DNA of 62,857 nt, counting the filler. It is 6 parts of 6 records of this genome, joined end to end, with 100 filler letters (N's around TTAATTAATTAA, not from the genome) between each part and the next. Parts side by side here need not be neighbours in the genome. Positions count along the whole stretch, not along the records: positions 19,982 to 29,261 come from DRR723986_3122; positions 29,362 to 35,584 come from DRR723986_3126; positions 35,685 to 48,689 come from DRR723986_3127; 3 more parts are not named here. The stretch is one strand, 5' to 3'. Positions 27,572 through 38,454 of this stretch are shown piece by piece. The number at the start of each line of letters is the position of its first letter. The first letter of the stretch is position 1. Under the pieces are notes generated by a model. It made no database searches. It was not told the DNA's origin and was given only the letters and a program-made list of their open reading frames with translations. The position numbers and the translations under genes are program-made.

Positions 27572-28648
27572 TCACATTCGCCCCTGATTTTCGTTGTGTT
27601 GGGCCACTGCCAGATTGATGGCATATCCCACATTTCTGAGCGGAACTTGCCGGTCTACAGCGCCAAGATCCCACGCTGCACGGGGCATCCCATAAACCAC
27701 CGAGCTTGCTTCATCCTGACCGATGGTCCTGCCGCCAGCCAAATGCACCTGGTGCATACCGTTAGCGCCATCGCGCCCCAGACCGGTCAAAATCACTGCA
27801 ATCATATCGGAATGATATACCGCAGCAGATGCAAAAAGCCGGTCAACGGAGGGGCAGTGCAAATCCGTCTCGCGTGCGTTTGAAAACCGGCAGGTCCATT
27901 TGCCCTTGATGCGGCAAATCTCACTGTGCAACCCGTTGGACGGCGCAAATCTGATCTGGCCATGCTCAAGCGGGCTATTCTCGGTCGCCAGCGCAACATC
28001 CTGGGGAAGTTGCCGGTTGAGCATCTCGACAAAGCTGGTGAGATAGGTCGCTGGCATATGCTGCACAATCAACGCCGCCGGTCCCTGTGGATGCAGGTCA
28101 GTTAACACCCGCTCAAGCGCCGTAACCCCGCCGGTTGAAGCCCCCATCAAGATCAAGGGGCAGGAAAAGCCATCACGGATCTGCGGCTTTGGCATACCCG
28201 GCAGGTCGGTTCGCGAGGGCCGGCGCATCTGGCCTTTGGCCGCGCTCCACAGACGGTGCCCGATGTCCTGTTTCACAAGGGGATCGCGTGGATCGACCGG
28301 GCAGAAAATACAATCCACCGCCCCTTTTGAGAGGGCAGCGATCGTCGCCTTGCAATGCTCGCGGCCACTGCCCACCCACAAAACCACCGGGGTCAGTTTT
28401 GGCACCATGATCTGGCGCAGCAGTTTCAGACTGCGTTGCGGTGCATCATCAAGAACAACAACAACGGCATCGGGCCTTCCCCCCGCAAGAAGCGCCTGCG
28501 GAGCATCTGCATGGTTTGTCTCAACCAGCAGGTTCAACTGTGGATGCTCGCGCAGAATGGCGCGCACCCAGGCCCGAAGATGCGGCGCGTCATCGACAAT
28601 GGCGATTTGCCGCACCAGGCCAATGGGCGCTTTCGACACGTCCCTCAA
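27572..28648 (-). CDS. cheB: Chemotaxis methylesterase CheB with divergent receiver domain
   Basis: GASTGG, VQHMP, PSVD, LTGLGRDGA and VVYGMP catalytic motifs. Confidence 0.88.
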   Translation of the reverse strand: MRDVSKAPIGLVRQIAIVDDAPHLRAWVRAILREHPQLNLLVETNHADAPQALLAGGRPDAVVVVLDDAPQRSLKLLRQIMVPKLTPVVLWVGSGREHCKATIAALSKGAVDCIFCPVDPRDPLVKQDIGHRLWSAAKGQMRRPSRTDLPGMPKPQIRDGFSCPLILMGASTGGVTALERVLTDLHPQGPAALIVQHMPATYLTSFVEMLNRQLPQDVALATENSPLEHGQIRFAPSNGLHSEICRIKGKWTCRFSNARETDLHCPSVDRLFASAAVYHSDMIAVILTGLGRDGANGMHQVHLAGGRTIGQDEASSVVYGMPRAAWDLGAVDRQVPLRNVGYAINLAVAQHNENQGRM

Positions 28649-29222
28649 AACGCTTTGATGGTGTGCGGCACCAAACCATCCCTTCCATTGGCTGCGGCTT
28701 TCCTCCTTTGGTTTTCGCGGTCTGGGGTGAACATCCTGTTAAGAGGTCACTGGATCGGCCCAATAATTGGCAACCTGCCCCGCGATTTGGCGCGGGCCCT
28801 GTCATATCTAGAGCAATGCTTTGCATCTGCTGATCGGGTTGGTTTTCGCGCTTTCCGGCCCAAACAGACGCCGAACAAATCCTTACGCCCCACTGTTCAA
28901 TTCGCAGGCGAGCCCTTGCTTGTCGTTCGGCCCACGCACCACGGCCCGAACAATCCAGCGCCCTGCGCCGAACAGATCAACACCAAACACAGAGCACAGC
29001 CATGCCCTTGCCGCCCTCTGGCAAGGTTCATGATCCGTATCGTTGGCAGATTGCGAGTGAGTGCGGATTGAGGATACCTCACCTCCCGCCTCCGACCTCG
29101 CGCCGACTGCATAGAGGTGGTTTCAAATTGCCGTCAAAAAATCGGGCATTCGGGGGCCGCCTTTTAACCAAGCGACAACGACCACTCTAAGCGATCCAGA
29201 CTGATTATGTAGAATGGGGTAA

Positions 29223-29261
29223 TGGCGGAGCGACAGGGATTCGAACCCTGGAGACGGTCTC
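29223..29261 (-). tRNA. tRNA-Ser, 3' portion only (truncated by the contig end)
   Basis: Minus strand GAGACCGTCTCCAGGGTTCGAATCCCTGTCGCTCCGCCA: long variable arm, T-arm, G discriminator and CCA; anticodon not visible. Confidence 0.85.
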
Positions 29262-29361
29262 NNNNNNNNNNNNNNNNNNNNNNNNNNNNNNNNNNNNNNN
29301 NNNNNTTAATTAATTAANNNNNNNNNNNNNNNNNNNNNNNNNNNNNNNNNNNNNNNNNNNN
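29262..29361. other. Artificial contig linker
   Basis: N44-TTAATTAATTAA-N44. Confidence 0.98.
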
Positions 29362-29362
29362 G

Positions 29363-30316
<954 letters not shown>

Positions 30317-30364
30317 CCGCCGCAAAGCGGTTGTGAGCCGACGAAGGATTGGTAAACGGTAGAG

Positions 30365-30391
30365 AGGCCCGGTGCGAAAGCCCGGGCCTTT
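30365..30391 (+). terminator. Hairpin, probable terminator after argG
   Basis: AGGCCCGG/CCGGGCCT stem followed by TT. Confidence 0.5.
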
Positions 30392-30416
30392 CTCGCGAGG
30401 ATCGGAGGGTACTGTC

Positions 30417-31427
30417 ATGAGAACCGCATTCGTCACCGGCTCTGCGGGGTTCATTGGCTTCCATCTGTGCAAGCGCCTGCTGGCGGACGGGTTCCGTGTC
30501 GTCGGGCTGGACGCGATGACGGATTACTACGACGTCGCCCTGAAAGAAGCGCGGCTGGCGCAGCTTCCGCCCGGGAACTTCACCCAGATCACCGGCAAGG
30601 TCGAGGATCCGGGCCGCGTGATGGAGATCTTCGCCACGCACAAGCCGGACGTCGTCGTCCACCTCGCCGCGCAGGCCGGGGTGCGTTACAGCATCGACAA
30701 CCCGCGCGCCTACCTTGAATCGAACCTCTGCGGCACTTTCGAGATCCTCGAAGCCGCGCGCGCACATCCGCCCGCGCACATGCTGCTGGCCTCGACCTCC
30801 TCGGCCTATGGCGCGAACGAGACGATGCCCTACCGCGAGACCGACCGCGCCGACCACCAGATGTCCTTCTACGCCGCCACGAAGAAGGCCACCGAAGCGA
30901 TGGCCCATTCCTACGCCCATCTCTTCGGGCTGCCGGTGACGATGTTCCGCTTCTTCACGGTCTACGGGCCGTGGGGGAGGCCCGACATGGCGCTGTTCAA
31001 GTTCACCAAGGCGATCCTGAGCGGGGAGCCGATCGACGTCTACAACCACGGCGACATGAAGCGCGACTTCACCTATATCGACGATCTGGTGCAGGCGATC
31101 CGCCTGCTGCTGGACGCGGTGCCCCAGCGGCCCGACGGCCCGGTGCCCGAGGGCGACAGCCTGTCGCCGGTGGCGCCCTACCGGGTGGTGAACATCGGCA
31201 ATTCGCAGGCGGTGCAACTGACCGATTTCATCGCCGCCATCGAAAAGGCCACGGGGCGCGAGGCGATCCGCAACCTGATGCCGATGCAGGCGGGGGACGT
31301 GCCCGCCACATGGGCGGACGCGTCGCTTTTGCAGGGGCTCACCGGATACCGGCCCGGAACCGCGGTAGATGAGGGCGTCGCGCGGTTCGTGGGCTGGTAC
31401 CGGGAGCATTACCGCCCCAATACCTGA
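30417..31427 (+). CDS. NAD-dependent epimerase (UDP-glucuronate 4-epimerase-like)
   Basis: TGSAGFIG, HLAAQAGVRYS, YAATKK and RFFTVYGPWGRPDMA; close homologue of 8024-9037. Confidence 0.92.
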   Translation: MRTAFVTGSAGFIGFHLCKRLLADGFRVVGLDAMTDYYDVALKEARLAQLPPGNFTQITGKVEDPGRVMEIFATHKPDVVVHLAAQAGVRYSIDNPRAYLESNLCGTFEILEAARAHPPAHMLLASTSSAYGANETMPYRETDRADHQMSFYAATKKATEAMAHSYAHLFGLPVTMFRFFTVYGPWGRPDMALFKFTKAILSGEPIDVYNHGDMKRDFTYIDDLVQAIRLLLDAVPQRPDGPVPEGDSLSPVAPYRVVNIGNSQAVQLTDFIAAIEKATGREAIRNLMPMQAGDVPATWADASLLQGLTGYRPGTAVDEGVARFVGWYREHYRPNT

Positions 31428-31437
31428 GGCGGGGCCG

Positions 31438-31851
31438 TCACTCGGCTGTGACGACCGACATCACAAGCTGTTCGTCGACGCGGATCGGGCCGTCTTCCTT
31501 GGCGCCCAGCGTGTATTCGAAGGCACCGGTGGTGGTGCCGCCGTCTTCGCCATGCACCATGAGCATCAGCATGTCGCCCGAGGCGACCTCTTCGGTCAGG
31601 ATCGCGGCGACGTCCATGTTCTCGCCCATCTTCAGGGGCGCGTAGCCGACCACGGGGCCGGGCTTCATGTCTTCGCCGGTGCGGTGAACGACCATCCAGC
31701 CATTCGCCGGGGCGACGACCTTGGATGCGGTCACGGTGCCGCCGGAAACGTCCTGGTCCATGGCCTCGACCATCGGTGCCATGCCATGACCGGCGGCAAA
31801 GGCGGTGGATGCGGCGGCGATCAGCGATGCGGCAAGAATGCGGGTTTTCAT
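31438..31851 (-). CDS. Secreted Met-rich hypothetical protein
   Basis: Signal peptide ending in AFA; GWMVVH and MLMVH motifs; 12 Met in 137 aa; AGGAGAG RBS. Confidence 0.8.
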   Translation of the reverse strand: MKTRILAASLIAAASTAFAAGHGMAPMVEAMDQDVSGGTVTASKVVAPANGWMVVHRTGEDMKPGPVVGYAPLKMGENMDVAAILTEEVASGDMLMLMVHGEDGGTTTGAFEYTLGAKEDGPIRVDEQLVMSVVTAE

Positions 31852-32054
31852 GTGTCAAACTCTCCTGTCGGGACAGGCCCTGTTGCCCGTCTTCATGCTC
31901 AAGCCACGAAAGCTCCGGCCGGAAAGTTTCGCCCGGCCGACGTTTTTCTGCGATGCCCCCGGTCACGGGCCGGTCACCATGCGGTGAAACCGCGTTGCAG
32001 CGCTTGTCAGACAGGGGGTCGGGGCGCAGGTTTCCGGGAAAAGGGAGATCCGTC

Positions 32055-32687
32055 ATGCTGTCCACCATAACCCGCCTTTCCGCGCTGGCGCTTGCCGCGC
32101 TCTTCACCGCCGACCGCGCAGAGGCGGCCGAGCTTTACGTCGCCGGAGGCTGCTTCTGGTGCGTCGAGGCGGACTTCGAGAAGGTCAAAGGCGTGTCCGA
32201 GGTGGTTTCCGGCTACATGGGCGGCACGGTCGCGGACCCGACCTACAAGCAGGTGACGCGTGGCGGCACCGGCCATTACGAGGCGGTGCGCATCGAATAC
32301 GACCCCGCGCAGGTCTCTGCCCGCCAGCTGTATGACCTGTTCTTCCGTTCGGTCGATCCGCTGGACGCCGGAGGCCAGTTCTGCGACCGGGGCGAAAGCT
32401 ACCGCACCGCGATCTTCGCCGACGGGGCCGACCGGCAGGCCGCCGAAGCCGCCAAGGCCGCGGCCAGCACGGCGCTTGGCAAGCCGGTCGTGACGCCGGT
32501 TCTGGACGCCGCGCCCTTCTACCTCGCCGAGGACTATCATCAGGATTATTACAAGGGCGACAATTCGGTCGTGACCCGCTTTGGCATCATCAAGCAGCGC
32601 GACGCCTACAAGCGCTACCGCGACGGCTGTGGCCGGGATGCGCGGGTGAAGGCGCTGTGGGGCAACGCCGCGCCCTTCGTCAACTAG
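32055..32687 (+). CDS. msrA: Peptide-methionine (S)-S-oxide reductase, exported
   Basis: AGGCFWCVE, GHYEAV, GQFCDRG and AEDYHQDYY; N-terminal signal peptide. Confidence 0.93.
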   Translation: MLSTITRLSALALAALFTADRAEAAELYVAGGCFWCVEADFEKVKGVSEVVSGYMGGTVADPTYKQVTRGGTGHYEAVRIEYDPAQVSARQLYDLFFRSVDPLDAGGQFCDRGESYRTAIFADGADRQAAEAAKAAASTALGKPVVTPVLDAAPFYLAEDYHQDYYKGDNSVVTRFGIIKQRDAYKRYRDGCGRDARVKALWGNAAPFVN

Positions 32688-33556
32688 GGGCGGAAGTCCT
32701 GGACGTCCTTGAGGTCCGGGATCACATCGGCGGCACCCATGCGCGTGACCATCAGTGCCGCCGCCGTCGACGCCAGTCCGATCGCCTGTTCCATCGGCAT
32801 GCCGCGATCCAGCCCGGCCATCACGTAGCCGGTGAAGGTATCGCCCGCGCCAGTTGTGTCCACCGGCGTGACCTTCTGCGCCGGAAAGCTGCGGGTCTCG
32901 CGCGTGTCGGTGTTGTGCCAGCGGCAGCCCTTGGAGCCCAGCGTCACGATGATGTCGCGCACCGGCAGAGCGCCCGCTTCGGTGCCGGTCGCCTCTGCCA
33001 GTTGCGCCGCCTCGACCTCGTTCAGGAACAGCAGGTCGAGCAGCGGCAGGACCTCGCGCACCGACTCCGCGTCGAAGGGCGCGGCGGCATGGGCCACCCG
33101 CATCCCCCGGGCCGAGGCAAGCTCTGCCGCCATCCGCAGGCCGTTGGTTTCGTTCTGGAACAGGAAGCTGTCGGCCTCCGTTGCCTCTGACAGCGCGCGG
33201 GAGATGTGGTCTTCGGTCAGGCGGCGGTTGGCGCCCGGCAGGATGATGATGTTGTTCTCGCCCGCGTCATCGACGGCGATCACGGCGTTGCCGGTGACAT
33301 CGTCCACGGTCGCGATGCCACGGGTATCGACACCGTATTCCATCATCCGTTCGACCGCCCAGCGCCCGTCGGCGCCGACGGCCCCGATGTGCAGGCAGCG
33401 TGCGCCCGCCCGGGCCGCGGCGACGGACATGTTGGCGCCCTTGCCGCCCAGCCCGCGCGTGAAGGACCGCGCCGAAAGCGTCTCTCCTGCTGCGGGCAGA
33501 TGTGGCACGCGGTAGACGAGGTCCGCGTTGATGGACCCAAGGTTGTAGATCGTCAT
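32684..33556 (-). CDS. rbsK: Ribokinase (PfkB family)
   Basis: GSINAD, GGKGAN, NEVEA and DTTGAGDTF. Confidence 0.85.
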   Translation of the reverse strand: MTIYNLGSINADLVYRVPHLPAAGETLSARSFTRGLGGKGANMSVAAARAGARCLHIGAVGADGRWAVERMMEYGVDTRGIATVDDVTGNAVIAVDDAGENNIIILPGANRRLTEDHISRALSEATEADSFLFQNETNGLRMAAELASARGMRVAHAAAPFDAESVREVLPLLDLLFLNEVEAAQLAEATGTEAGALPVRDIIVTLGSKGCRWHNTDTRETRSFPAQKVTPVDTTGAGDTFTGYVMAGLDRGMPMEQAIGLASTAAALMVTRMGAADVIPDLKDVQDFRP

Positions 33557-33610
33557 GGCACATCCTCCGTCGCTTGGGGGGAGGGTGGGCGCAGGCCCAC
33601 CCGTGGCACG

Positions 33611-35584
33611 TCAGCCGACCTTGCAGGCAGCCAGAACCGCCATGTTCAGGATGTCGTTGGCGGTCGAGTTGGTCGAACAGATCTGGATCGACTTGTCGAT
33701 GCCCGCAAGGATCGGCCCGATCACCGTGGCGCCCGCCATCTCCTGCATCAGCTTGACCGAGATCGAGGCAGAGTGCCGCGCCGGAACCACAAGGATGTTC
33801 GCCGGACCCGAGAGACGCTGGAACGGATAGCTGTCCTGCGCGCGGGTGTTCAGCGCCACATCCACCGTCATCTCGCCCTCGTACTCGAAGGACACGCCGC
33901 GCTTGTCGAGAACCTGCGGCGCGAGATGCATCTTCTCGGCCCGCTCGGACACCGGGTAGCCGAAGGTCGAGAAAGAGACGAAGGCCACGCGCGGCTCCAG
34001 CCCCAGATGCCGCGCCACGCCAGCCGCCCGTTCGGCGATATTGGCGAGGTCGTTCTCGTTCGGCCATTCGTGCACCAGCGTGTCGGCGATCAGCACGATC
34101 CGCCCCTTGTGCAGCAGCGCGGTGATCCCGGCGGCACCGTGTTTCGCGTCGGCGTCGAAGACGTGGTTGATCAGCTCCATCGCATGGGCCGACTTGCGCG
34201 TCGCGCCGGTGATGAGCCCGTCGCCATGCCCATGCGCCAGCATCAGCGCGGCAAAGACATGCCGGTCACGCGCCGCAAGCCGGTGGATGTCCTGCCGGTC
34301 CATGCCCTTGCGCTGAAGGCGGGTGTAGAGGAATTCCTTGTAGGTGTCGAAATGGCGCGTGTTGGCGGCGTTCACCACCTCGAGCTCGCGCACCGCGTCG
34401 CCAAGGCCCGCGGCCTCCAGCTTGGTCTTCACGTCGTGGTCGCGCCCCACGACCAGCGCCTTGCCGAAGCCCGAGCGTTGGTACATCACCGCCGCCCGCA
34501 GCACGCGGGGGTCGTCGCCCTCGGCGAAGATCATCCGGGCCTGCGCGGCACGCGCGCGGCTGTTGATCGACCGCAGGATAGAGGCGGTGGGGTCCATGCG
34601 CGACCTCAGCCCGGCCTCGTAGCCTTCCATGTCGACGATGGGACGGCGCGCGGCGCCGGTCTCCATGCCCGCACGCGCCACGGCGGGCGGGATGCGGTGG
34701 ATCAGGCGCGGATCGAAGGGCGTGGGGATGATGTAGTCGCGGCCGAAGGTCAGCGACTTGCCATAGGCCAGCGCCACCTCGTCCGGCACGTCCTCGCGCG
34801 CCAGATCGGCGAGGGCCTGCGCGCAGGCGATCTTCATCTCGTCGTTGATGGCGCGGGCGTGGATGTCCAGCGCACCCCGGAACAGGTAGGGAAAGCCCAG
34901 CACGTTGTTGACCTGGTTCGGGTAGTCGCTGCGCCCGGTGGCCACGATGGCGTCGACGCGGACCTCATGCGCCTCTTCGGGCGTGATTTCCGGGTCGGGG
35001 TTCGCCATGGCGAAGATCACCGGATTGTCGGCCATGCTGGCGACCATGTCCTGCGTCACCGCGCCCTTGGCAGAGACGCCAAGGAAGACGTCCGCGCCCT
35101 TCATGGCCTCTTCGAGCGTGCGGTGATCGGTTGCGACGGCATGAGCCGATTTCCACTGGTTCATGCCCTCGGTGCGGCCTTGGTAGATCACACCCTTGGT
35201 GTCGCACATGATGCAGTTGTCATGGCGCGCGCCCATGGATTTCAGCAGTTCCAGACAGGCGATGCCCGCCGCGCCGGCGCCGTTCAGAACGATCTTCACG
35301 TCCTCGATCTTCTTGCCGCTGATGTGCAGCGCGTTGATCAGCCCCGCCGCGCAGATCACCGCCGTGCCGTGCTGGTCGTCGTGGAAGACCGGGATGTCCA
35401 TCTGCTCCTTGAGCGTCTGCTCGATGATGAAGCATTCCGGCGCCTTGATGTCTTCGAGGTTGATGCCGCCGAAGGTCGGCCCCATCAGCTTGACCGCCTT
35501 GATGAATTCCTCCGGGTCTTCGGTGTCCAGCTCGATGTCGATGGAGTTCACGTCGGCGAAGCGCTTGAACAGCACCGCCTTGCC
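33611..35584 (-). CDS. maeB: NAD(P)-dependent malic enzyme with PTA domain, 5'-truncated
   Basis: GGINLEDIKAPECF, FHDDQHGTA, GAGAAG, ATGRSDYPNQVNN and C-terminal phosphotransacetylase-like domain. Confidence 0.93.
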   Translation of the reverse strand, partial: GKAVLFKRFADVNSIDIELDTEDPEEFIKAVKLMGPTFGGINLEDIKAPECFIIEQTLKEQMDIPVFHDDQHGTAVICAAGLINALHISGKKIEDVKIVLNGAGAAGIACLELLKSMGARHDNCIMCDTKGVIYQGRTEGMNQWKSAHAVATDHRTLEEAMKGADVFLGVSAKGAVTQDMVASMADNPVIFAMANPDPEITPEEAHEVRVDAIVATGRSDYPNQVNNVLGFPYLFRGALDIHARAINDEMKIACAQALADLAREDVPDEVALAYGKSLTFGRDYIIPTPFDPRLIHRIPPAVARAGMETGAARRPIVDMEGYEAGLRSRMDPTASILRSINSRARAAQARMIFAEGDDPRVLRAAVMYQRSGFGKALVVGRDHDVKTKLEAAGLGDAVRELEVVNAANTRHFDTYKEFLYTRLQRKGMDRQDIHRLAARDRHVFAALMLAHGHGDGLITGATRKSAHAMELINHVFDADAKHGAAGITALLHKGRIVLIADTLVHEWPNENDLANIAERAAGVARHLGLEPRVAFVSFSTFGYPVSERAEKMHLAPQVLDKRGVSFEYEGEMTVDVALNTRAQDSYPFQRLSGPANILVVPARHSASISVKLMQEMAGATVIGPILAGIDKSIQICSTNSTANDILNMAVLAACKVG

Positions 35585-35684
35585 NNNNNNNNNNNNNNNN
35601 NNNNNNNNNNNNNNNNNNNNNNNNNNNNTTAATTAATTAANNNNNNNNNNNNNNNNNNNNNNNNNNNNNNNNNNNNNNNNNNNN
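35585..35684. other. Artificial contig linker
   Basis: N44-TTAATTAATTAA-N44. Confidence 0.98.
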
Positions 35685-35685
35685 A

Positions 35686-36510
35686 ACCGACGTCAATCTC
35701 GACGGCATTCCCTCTGCGGTCGACGCAGGCGGCGTTCAGGGGGGCTGGTTGCAGACGTCCCCTGAGTATCACATGAAGCGGCTGCTGGCCGCAGGTTCAG
35801 GATCAATATTCCAGATTGCCCGAGTGTTTCGTAACGGTGAGCGCGGCAAACGTCACAATCCGGAATTCTCCATGCTGGAGTGGTACCGCGTTGGCTTTGA
35901 CGATCAACAACTGATGCGGGAAGTCTCGGATCTGGTCTGTGGCTGGCTGGAGTGCTCGCCTCCGGTAACCCTGAGCTACCGTGAGGCGATGCAGTCCATT
36001 GCGGGTATCGACCCGATGACCATCACCGACCGGGACCTTGAACGCTACTGTGAACAGTGGCTGGAGCCGGAACAGCTGGCCGGCCTCGGCCGGGATGGCT
36101 GCCTGGATCTGGTGATGAGTTTCGTGGTGGAACCGGAATTGGGCCGAGAGCAACCGGTTTTCATTAACCGCTATCCCGCCTCTCAGGCAGCTCTGGCGCG
36201 CATCTCTGAGCATCAGGGCTTTAGAGTGGCGCACCGGTTTGAGCTCTACATCAATGGTCTCGAGCTGTGTAACGGTTACTGGGAGTTGACGGATCCGGCC
36301 GATCAGCGAGCCCGTTTTGCCGCGGATAACCGGCTCCGGCGTGCCAGTGGCAAGCCGGAGATGGCGCTGGACGAGCCTTTTCTTGCGGCGCTGGAGACAG
36401 GCCTGCCGGAATGCGCCGGTGTGGCCATGGGACTCGACCGGCTGTTGATGCTCAAGCTGGGCAGTCGCAATATTCAGGACGTGATTGCGTTTCCGATTGA
36501 GCGGGCCTGA
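35686..36510 (+). CDS. epmA: EF-P lysine aminoacylase EpmA (GenX/PoxA), 5'-truncated
   Basis: LQTSPEYHMKRLLA, FRNGE..HNPEFSMLEWY, ELCNG and GVAMGLDRL. Confidence 0.93.
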   Translation, partial: TDVNLDGIPSAVDAGGVQGGWLQTSPEYHMKRLLAAGSGSIFQIARVFRNGERGKRHNPEFSMLEWYRVGFDDQQLMREVSDLVCGWLECSPPVTLSYREAMQSIAGIDPMTITDRDLERYCEQWLEPEQLAGLGRDGCLDLVMSFVVEPELGREQPVFINRYPASQAALARISEHQGFRVAHRFELYINGLELCNGYWELTDPADQRARFAADNRLRRASGKPEMALDEPFLAALETGLPECAGVAMGLDRLLMLKLGSRNIQDVIAFPIERA

Positions 36511-36516
36511 GCCCTG

Positions 36517-37377
36517 CTATTTGACGTTCAGTTTGCCGAAGGCTTCACCCAGCTGTACCGTTTTCTCGGCCACCTGGTTCGGTTGCCATTTAACTGCACC
36601 CTTGGGCATCACCAGCACGACGGTTGAGCCCAGGCGGAAACGGCCCATTTCCTGACCTTTTTCAAACGTAACGGCATCGTCTCCGTGGTACTGCCATTGC
36701 ATAACTTTGCCGGAATTGGGCACTACCACGCCGGCCCAGGTGGTTTCCACGCTGCCCACAATCATCGCGCCGACCAATACCATAGCCATGGGGCCCGCCT
36801 CGGTGTCGAACAGGCAAGCCACCCGTTCGTTTCGGGCGAACAGGTTCGGCACATTTTCGGCGGTTACCGGATTGACTGAGAACAGCTTCCCGGGTACGTA
36901 GACCATTTCTTTCAGGGTGCCAGCCATGGGCATGTGAATACGGTGGTAATCCTTGGGCGACAGGTAAATAGTGGCGAACTCGCCTTCCCGGAAGGGCTCG
37001 GCCCGTTCGTCATCGCCGCCGAGCAGTTCAGTGAGACTGAATGACTGTCCCTTGGCCTGGAATACACGGTCTGTGCTGATCTGGCCAATCTGGCTGATGG
37101 CGCCGTCCACCGGGCTGGTGAGGGTTTCCGGTGCGGGGTCTATGGTGCGAGCGCCCGGCTTGAGTGCACGGGTAAAAAACGCGTTGAACGTGGGGTAGGC
37201 GGTAAAGTCTGGCTCAGCGGCCTCGCTCATGTTCACGCCATAGCGGCCGATAAACCATTTGATCACACGGTTTTTCAGGGCTGGAGTGCTCTCGCTGTCG
37301 GCCAGACGGCCTGCCAGGCGGGAAACCGCCAGCTGGGGTGTGACGTATTGGCTAAGAACAAACAGTTTATCAAGCAT
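36517..37377 (-). CDS. psd: Phosphatidylserine decarboxylase
   Basis: FNAFFTR, YLSPKDYHRIH and the self-cleavage motif RLGST. Confidence 0.94.
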   Translation of the reverse strand: MLDKLFVLSQYVTPQLAVSRLAGRLADSESTPALKNRVIKWFIGRYGVNMSEAAEPDFTAYPTFNAFFTRALKPGARTIDPAPETLTSPVDGAISQIGQISTDRVFQAKGQSFSLTELLGGDDERAEPFREGEFATIYLSPKDYHRIHMPMAGTLKEMVYVPGKLFSVNPVTAENVPNLFARNERVACLFDTEAGPMAMVLVGAMIVGSVETTWAGVVVPNSGKVMQWQYHGDDAVTFEKGQEMGRFRLGSTVVLVMPKGAVKWQPNQVAEKTVQLGEAFGKLNVK

Positions 37378-37572
37378 TCCGGGAGACTCTTGCGATCATA
37401 AAGCGCGGTAGTCTACCAAACCCGGCGCAGTGTATAGAAATTGTTTCACAGCTTCGCTGTTACGGTTGATGCTTGCTATTATCAGATCACATTTTGGGTG
37501 TTCCCGGCTGAGCCAGCTTCGGGTAGTAACCGGCCCCGGCCGTTAACCAGACAAAAGGCGTGCATAGTCACC

Positions 37573-38424
37573 ATGTTATTGATCATTGGAGCTGTGGTCG
37601 TTGTTGCGTGCGTTCTTGGTGGGTACGTTCTGCACGGCGGCAATCTGGCGGTTTTGTGGCAGCCGACAGAAATCCTGATTATCGGCGGAGCGGCCGTTGG
37701 TTCATTTATCATCGCCAACCCGTTACACACGGTAAAAGAGGTGTCTCAGGCGTGTATCCGGTTGCTGACCGGGTCTCCTTTCAATAAATCCTATTACATG
37801 GATTTGTTAAGTCTGCTCTATGAGGTGTTCGACAAGTCCCGCAAGCAGGGCGTCATGGCCATTGAGGAGGACATCGATAATCCGGAGTCGAGCCAGATCT
37901 TCGGTCGTTATCCGGCGATTATGAAATCCCGGCACCTGCTGGATTTCATCACCGATTACCTGCGCATCATCAGCTCCGGCAATATGGCGCCGCATGAGCT
38001 GGAAGGCATGATGGAAAACGAAATCGAAAATCGACAGCACGAGCTTGAAGAGCCTGCTCATGCGGTCAACAAGATTGCTGATGCTCTGCCAGGGCTGGGT
38101 ATTGTTGCCGCCGTGCTCGGGATCGTTATCACCATGGGGTTCCTCACGGAAGGGCCGGAGAAAATCGGCTTGAGCGTTGCGGCGGCACTTGTTGGTACCT
38201 TTCTGGGCATCTGGATGGGGTATGGTTTTGTCGGGCCAACCTCGATTGCGCTTGAGCATGCCGCCAAGTATGAGCTGAAAGCCTACGAATGTGTTAAATC
38301 GGCCATTGTCGCGACGGTGTCAGGACAGGCTCCCCAAATGGCAATCGAATTTGGGCGCAAGGCACTCCCTACCGAAAAGCGACCGGGATTTCAGGAGCTC
38401 AATGACCACGTTCGCTCAAAGTAA
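37573..38424 (+). CDS. motA: Flagellar stator MotA
   Basis: WQPTE, PGLGIVAAVLG, AALVGTFLG and EFGRK. Confidence 0.94.
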   Translation: MLLIIGAVVVVACVLGGYVLHGGNLAVLWQPTEILIIGGAAVGSFIIANPLHTVKEVSQACIRLLTGSPFNKSYYMDLLSLLYEVFDKSRKQGVMAIEEDIDNPESSQIFGRYPAIMKSRHLLDFITDYLRIISSGNMAPHELEGMMENEIENRQHELEEPAHAVNKIADALPGLGIVAAVLGIVITMGFLTEGPEKIGLSVAAALVGTFLGIWMGYGFVGPTSIALEHAAKYELKAYECVKSAIVATVSGQAPQMAIEFGRKALPTEKRPGFQELNDHVRSK

Positions 38425-38454
38425 CAAAAAGCCTGGTTAGCCTCGGAGAGTATC

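Noticed and set aside
28650-29220. ORFs or an integrase between cheB and tRNA-Ser
   Set aside because: Only short motif-less ORFs; no integrase or duplicated tRNA 3' end (att) seen.
30417-31427. Apparent duplication of the epimerase at 8024-9037
   Set aside because: The copies lie on different contigs with different codon usage; most simply homologues from two organisms.
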